From positions 4,335-36,334 of the forward strand of contig DWVN01000086.1 of NCBI GenBank assembly GCA_019120235.1: a stretch of DNA of 32,000 bases, written 5' to 3'. This stretch comes from Candidatus Dwaynesavagella gallinarum. GTDB taxonomy: Bacteria > Bacillota > Clostridia > Clostridiales > Clostridiaceae. Within the stretch, counting starts at the first letter, position 1. The number at the start of each line of letters is the position of its first letter. Shown here piece after piece: positions 28,273 through 32,000 of the stretch. A program made the translations under genes and the position numbers. Under the pieces are notes generated by a model. That model was not told where the DNA came from. It did no database searches and saw only the letters and a list, made by a program, of their open reading frames with translations.

Positions 28273-29433
28273 ATGCATGTTGTAATAGTTCCATCGTGGT
28301 ATTCAAATGAAAAAAATGCTGTTTTAGGTAGTTTTTTCAAAGAACAGGCTATAGTTTTGAAAGAATCAGGAATAGATATCACTGTTTGTTATAATGAGAT
28401 TTTTCCAATTTATAGTTATGATAAACTTAAAAACATATTTATTAATAAAATTACTCGAAATATTGAAGATGGATTAGATACATATAGATATAGAGATTTT
28501 AATTATTTATTACATAGTCATAAAAGATTTTTATTATTTAGTAGACGTATTAAAAGATTAATAGATAAGGTTTTAGAAGATAAAGGGAAAATAGATTTAA
28601 TTCATTTTCATTCCTGTTTTTGGGCAGGAGTGTGTGCACCATATATAAAAAATACATTTAAAATACCATACATTATAACAGAACATACAAGTATATATAA
28701 CTCCAAAAAAATTAAAAAAAGTTATATGGATTATATTTATAATGCATATAAAAATGCTGATGCCTTGATAAGTGTAAGTAATTCTTTAAAATGTGAAATG
28801 TTAGAAATTTTAAATAGAGATATAACTGTTATACATAATTTTATAGATGGACAAAAATTTAATATTATTCAAGAAAATACTGATAATTTAAAGAAGAAAT
28901 TTAATTTTTTTTCGTTAGCATTTTTGGTTGATGGTAAAGGATTTGAAACCTTAATAAGTGCTTGTGAGATTCTTGTAAGTAAGGGTTATGATTTTTTGTT
29001 AGAAATAGGTGGAGATGGCTATTTAAGAAAAAAATTAGAAGAGAATGTGCGAGATAAAAATTTAAGTAATAATATTATTTTTTTGGGTTTGTTAACACGA
29101 GAGCAGGTAATATTGAAGATGAATCAATGTGATGCTTTTATATTGGCATCTTGTTATGAAACTTTTGGAGTTGTTTATATAGAAGCTCTTGCTTGTGGTA
29201 AACCTGTTATTGCTGTTAAAAATGGGGGAGCTGAAGAAATTATAAATGAAAAAGTCGGTATTTTAGTAGATAAATGTGATTATTTTAAAATTGCTGATGC
29301 TATGGAAAAAATGATTTGTAATATTAAATATTATGGTAAAGAATACATTAGGAAATATTTTTTAGATAATTTTGAGAAGCATATTATTATAGCAAAACTA
29401 AAGGACGTGTATAAAAATTGTTTAAACATCTAA
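28273..29433 (+). CDS. Glycosyltransferase family 4 (group 1)
   Basis: I prefer ATG 28273 (AAGGAG at 28261-28266). The sequence has ETFGVVYIEALACGKPVIAVKNGGAEEII (EX7E motif) and a typical GT-B N-terminal domain. Confidence 0.85.
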   Translation: MHVVIVPSWYSNEKNAVLGSFFKEQAIVLKESGIDITVCYNEIFPIYSYDKLKNIFINKITRNIEDGLDTYRYRDFNYLLHSHKRFLLFSRRIKRLIDKVLEDKGKIDLIHFHSCFWAGVCAPYIKNTFKIPYIITEHTSIYNSKKIKKSYMDYIYNAYKNADALISVSNSLKCEMLEILNRDITVIHNFIDGQKFNIIQENTDNLKKKFNFFSLAFLVDGKGFETLISACEILVSKGYDFLLEIGGDGYLRKKLEENVRDKNLSNNIIFLGLLTREQVILKMNQCDAFILASCYETFGVVYIEALACGKPVIAVKNGGAEEIINEKVGILVDKCDYFKIADAMEKMICNIKYYGKEYIRKYFLDNFEKHIIIAKLKDVYKNCLNI

Positions 29434-29444
29434 AGTTAGATTTT

Positions 29445-30668
29445 ATGAAATATATATTGACATCTGACAAAAAAATAAATTTTAATATGATTAAATTTTA
29501 CATAGTAATTTTGTATTTGATTTTTAATTTTTCTTATATAAGTATATTTGGTGAATTTACATTTTTAGTTAGCTTATTTAATTATTTATTTTATATGATT
29601 TTTATTTGTATATTTATGTATGAAGTTTTTAGTAATAGATATGAAGTGGATTTTTATACAATGTTACTTATTATGTTTTTAATATCCACGTGCATTACTA
29701 TGTATTTGAATTCTTATAGTACATATGAGTATATTAATGAAATAAAATTTATAATTTTAGGGTTATTTCAATTTTTCATTTTTTTTAATGTGTTTGATAA
29801 CAATATTTATATTAAATTGAAAATACTATCTTCTGTTATACTGTTTGTATGTTTTATATCGCATATATTCAGTATAATAATTTACATATTTAAGATTAGA
29901 TTTGTTTTTAATAAAGTTTATGGAATTCATTATAATGGATCATTTACAGGTATATATGATAATGAAAATATTTTAGGAATAATTTGTTTTATTGGTATAG
30001 TTTTTTCATTTATTTTTTTAAATTATTATAAAGAAATTATATTTAAACAAATAGCTATAATTAATATTATATTATCAGTTATAATGCTATTTTTAGTTAA
30101 TGCTCGTAGTGCAGTAATTGCTTTTTTAGTATTTTGTTTTTTATTTACGGCAATTATGTTAAAAAAAAGATGGATAATTGTAAGTTTTATATTATTATTA
30201 ATTTTGATTTCTGTGTATTTGATATTTTTCAATAGAGATATTTTGGTAAAATTGTTAAATGGTAGATATGAAATTTGGGAGCAAGTGTTTTATGTTATTA
30301 AAGATAATATATTTTTTGGATATTCAAAAACAGATTCAATAAATGTATTGCTTGATAGTACTATTAGATTTTTATCTGGAGCTAAGGAAGGCGGAACACA
30401 TAATACGTTTTTAGATGTACTTTTGTCTTATGGATTTGTGGCATTTAGTTTATTTGGTGTGTTTATTACCAGTTATATTATAAAAACTTATAAAATCTTA
30501 ATAGAAAATATAAATAATTATAATTATATAGTTTTATATTCAGCAATTTTGAGTTTTTTATTTATAGGGATGTTTGAATCTGTTTTGATATATACTCCAA
30601 GTTTAATTGGTATTATATTTTGGATGATTTTAGGATATGTTAAAAATAAAAAATTAGAAGTCTGTTAG
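29445..30668 (+). CDS. O-antigen ligase / Wzy-like polymerase family membrane protein
   Basis: About 10 or more TM helices. The NARSAVIAFLVF motif followed by a larger extracytoplasmic loop (RYEIWEQ...GGTHNTFLD) is typical of the Wzy_C/O-antigen ligase domain. The start is uncertain (TTG 29418, ATG 29445 or ATG 29487), and none has a good SD. Confidence 0.65.
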   Translation: MKYILTSDKKINFNMIKFYIVILYLIFNFSYISIFGEFTFLVSLFNYLFYMIFICIFMYEVFSNRYEVDFYTMLLIMFLISTCITMYLNSYSTYEYINEIKFIILGLFQFFIFFNVFDNNIYIKLKILSSVILFVCFISHIFSIIIYIFKIRFVFNKVYGIHYNGSFTGIYDNENILGIICFIGIVFSFIFLNYYKEIIFKQIAIINIILSVIMLFLVNARSAVIAFLVFCFLFTAIMLKKRWIIVSFILLLILISVYLIFFNRDILVKLLNGRYEIWEQVFYVIKDNIFFGYSKTDSINVLLDSTIRFLSGAKEGGTHNTFLDVLLSYGFVAFSLFGVFITSYIIKTYKILIENINNYNYIVLYSAILSFLFIGMFESVLIYTPSLIGIIFWMILGYVKNKKLEVC

Positions 30669-31460
30669 AGGTCTGAATTCATATCCTTGAGATTTTAAAG
30701 TTGATAAAATATTATCTAATATTTCAGCGTTTGTTTTTGAAACGGCATGAAGTAATATTATTGCTCCGTTATGAATTCTGCTAAGTATAGTATTTTCTGC
30801 TTTTTCTTTTAAAGGCTGATTTTTCACATCAAAGTCCTTATATGCTAAGCTCCAAAATATGCTTTTGTATCCTAAATCATTAGTAAGTTTTAATGAAAAT
30901 TCACTAAATTTCCCCATTGGTGGTCTGAAATATTTTGGCATATCTGTGTTAGTTATTTTTTTAAATTCTTCTTCTACTTCTATAAATTCTTTGTTAAATT
31001 TATCTATATTTGTAACTTTTGCCATGGATGGATGATTTGATGAATGGTTACATACGAGATGACCTTCATTTACCATTCTTAATATTAAGTCTTTATTTGT
31101 TTTTATGTATGGTTTTACAACAAAAAATGCAGCTGGTACTTCGTGTTTTTTTAGTATATCAAGTATTTGAGAAGTATATCCGTTTTCGTATCCTTCATCA
31201 AAGGTTAGATATAGAAATTTTTTTTCTGTATTTCCTATATAATGTGCAGAAAAATTTTGAAACATGGGAACTGCATTTTTATTAGGTTCTGGAGGCAAAT
31301 TATTTTTGTTTGGTACTATATACCAATCTATTTCTTTAGTATTTAAGTTATGATTTGTAGATACTTGTGTGTAGTTTTTTAATTCGGTATCTTTACATAT
31401 GTAAGTTGATGAAATTAAATTTGTAAATAAAAGAAAGAATAAAATGATAGCTTTATTCAA
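30654..31460 (-). CDS. pdaA: Polysaccharide deacetylase, PdaA-like (delta-lactam-biosynthetic de-N-acetylase)
   Basis: 268 aa with a TTG start after AAGGAGGA and a signal peptide. NodB motifs are present: YLTFDEGYENGYT and HLVCNHSSNHP. They closely resemble my recollection of B. subtilis PdaA. Confidence 0.75.
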   Translation of the reverse strand: MNKAIILFFLLFTNLISSTYICKDTELKNYTQVSTNHNLNTKEIDWYIVPNKNNLPPEPNKNAVPMFQNFSAHYIGNTEKKFLYLTFDEGYENGYTSQILDILKKHEVPAAFFVVKPYIKTNKDLILRMVNEGHLVCNHSSNHPSMAKVTNIDKFNKEFIEVEEEFKKITNTDMPKYFRPPMGKFSEFSLKLTNDLGYKSIFWSLAYKDFDVKNQPLKEKAENTILSRIHNGAIILLHAVSKTNAEILDNILSTLKSQGYEFRPLTDF

Positions 31461-31574
31461 AATAAATCCTCCTTGATAATTTAGAATATTTTAATTTTAT
31501 TATGCAACTATTTAATGTTATAAATAAGTGTAAATATAAGTTTTATTAAGTATTTTTTGGGAAAGGTAAGTTTT

Positions 31575-32000
31575 ATGAGATTAGGAATAATTGGTTTGCC
31601 TAATGTAGGCAAAAGTACGTTGTTTAATGCTATAACAAAAGCTGGTGCAGAATCAGCTAATTATCCATTTTGTACTATAGAGCCAAATGTTGGTGTCGTT
31701 ACTGTACCAGATAAAAGGCTTGATGATTTAGAAAAAATATATAATTCTAAAAAGAAAGTTTATACATCTGTTGAATTTTATGATATAGCTGGGCTTGTTA
31801 GAGGAGCTAGTAATGGAGAAGGATTAGGAAATAAATTTTTATCAAATATACGAGAAGTTGAAGCAATTGTACATGTTGTAAGATGTTTTGAAGACGAGAA
31901 TATTGTACATGTTGATGGAAAAGTTAATCCAGTGAGCGATATAGAAACAATAAATTTTGAATTGATATTATCAGATTTAGAAATTATTGAGAGAAGAATT
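31575..32000 (+). CDS. ychF: Redox-regulated ATPase YchF (5' part, runs off the window)
   Basis: This gene is not in the ORF track because it has no stop within the window. It reads [42 protein letters not shown]...[19 protein letters not shown], which is canonical YchF/Ola1. Confidence 0.93.
   Translation, partial: MRLGIIGLPNVGKSTLFNAITKAGAESANYPFCTIEPNVGVVTVPDKRLDDLEKIYNSKKKVYTSVEFYDIAGLVRGASNGEGLGNKFLSNIREVEAIVHVVRCFEDENIVHVDGKVNPVSDIETINFELILSDLEIIERRI

Noticed and set aside
21650-31285. ORFs 21650-21832(+), 27589-27780(-), 30026-30232(-) and 31019-31285(+)
   Set aside because: They are antisense to the decarboxylase, the GT, the Wzy-like gene and pdaA respectively. The reasoning is the same as above.
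1-32000. CRISPR arrays, tRNA/rRNA genes, riboswitches/T-boxes, toxin-antitoxin pairs and IS elements
   Set aside because: I scanned the intergenic regions (all under 210 nt). There are no spaced direct repeats, no cloverleaf-like or conserved riboswitch cores, and no small adjacent ORF pairs. Nothing supports such calls.

Overview
This is a very AT-rich chromosomal segment (about a quarter G+C by eye) that uses the standard code; TGA serves as a stop at 26980-26982. It comes from an endospore-forming Firmicute, probably Clostridia-like, because gpr, spoIIP and a pdaA-like gene are present. All calls rest on motif recognition and synteny; no database search was possible. Bases 1-20877 are collinear with the classic Bacillus/Clostridium block holA-rpsT-gpr-spoIIP-yqxA-lepA-hemW-hrcA-grpE-dnaK-dnaJ-prmA-rsmE-mtaB...rpsU. 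A textbook CIRCE operator sits in front of hrcA. This backbone shows two departures. (1) A 4.1 kb, three-gene insert splits the normally contiguous dnaJ-prmA junction: rarA on the minus strand, a 741-aa bacterial dynamin-like GTPase with a BDLP-type hydrophobic paddle on the plus strand, and a 115-aa HIRAN-only protein on the minus strand. (2) A HIT protein and a secreted protein with four DUF4214-type repeats sit between mtaB and rpsU. rpsU is then followed by about 170 nt of non-coding sequence carrying a C-rich octamer complementary to its own Shine-Dalgarno. The right third holds a PLP-dependent Orn/Lys/Arg decarboxylase, L25/Ctc and a tightly coupled six-gene cell-wall glycopolymer operon (pgcA-like mutase, TPR protein, TagA/WecG transferase, two GT-B glycosyltransferases, Wzy/O-antigen-ligase-like membrane protein). 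It ends with a PdaA-like deacetylase and the 5' part of ychF. I saw no rRNA, tRNA, CRISPR array, transposase or integrase. The best candidate for something undescribed is the rarA / dynamin-like / HIRAN insert. Functional linkage of those three genes is inference only.
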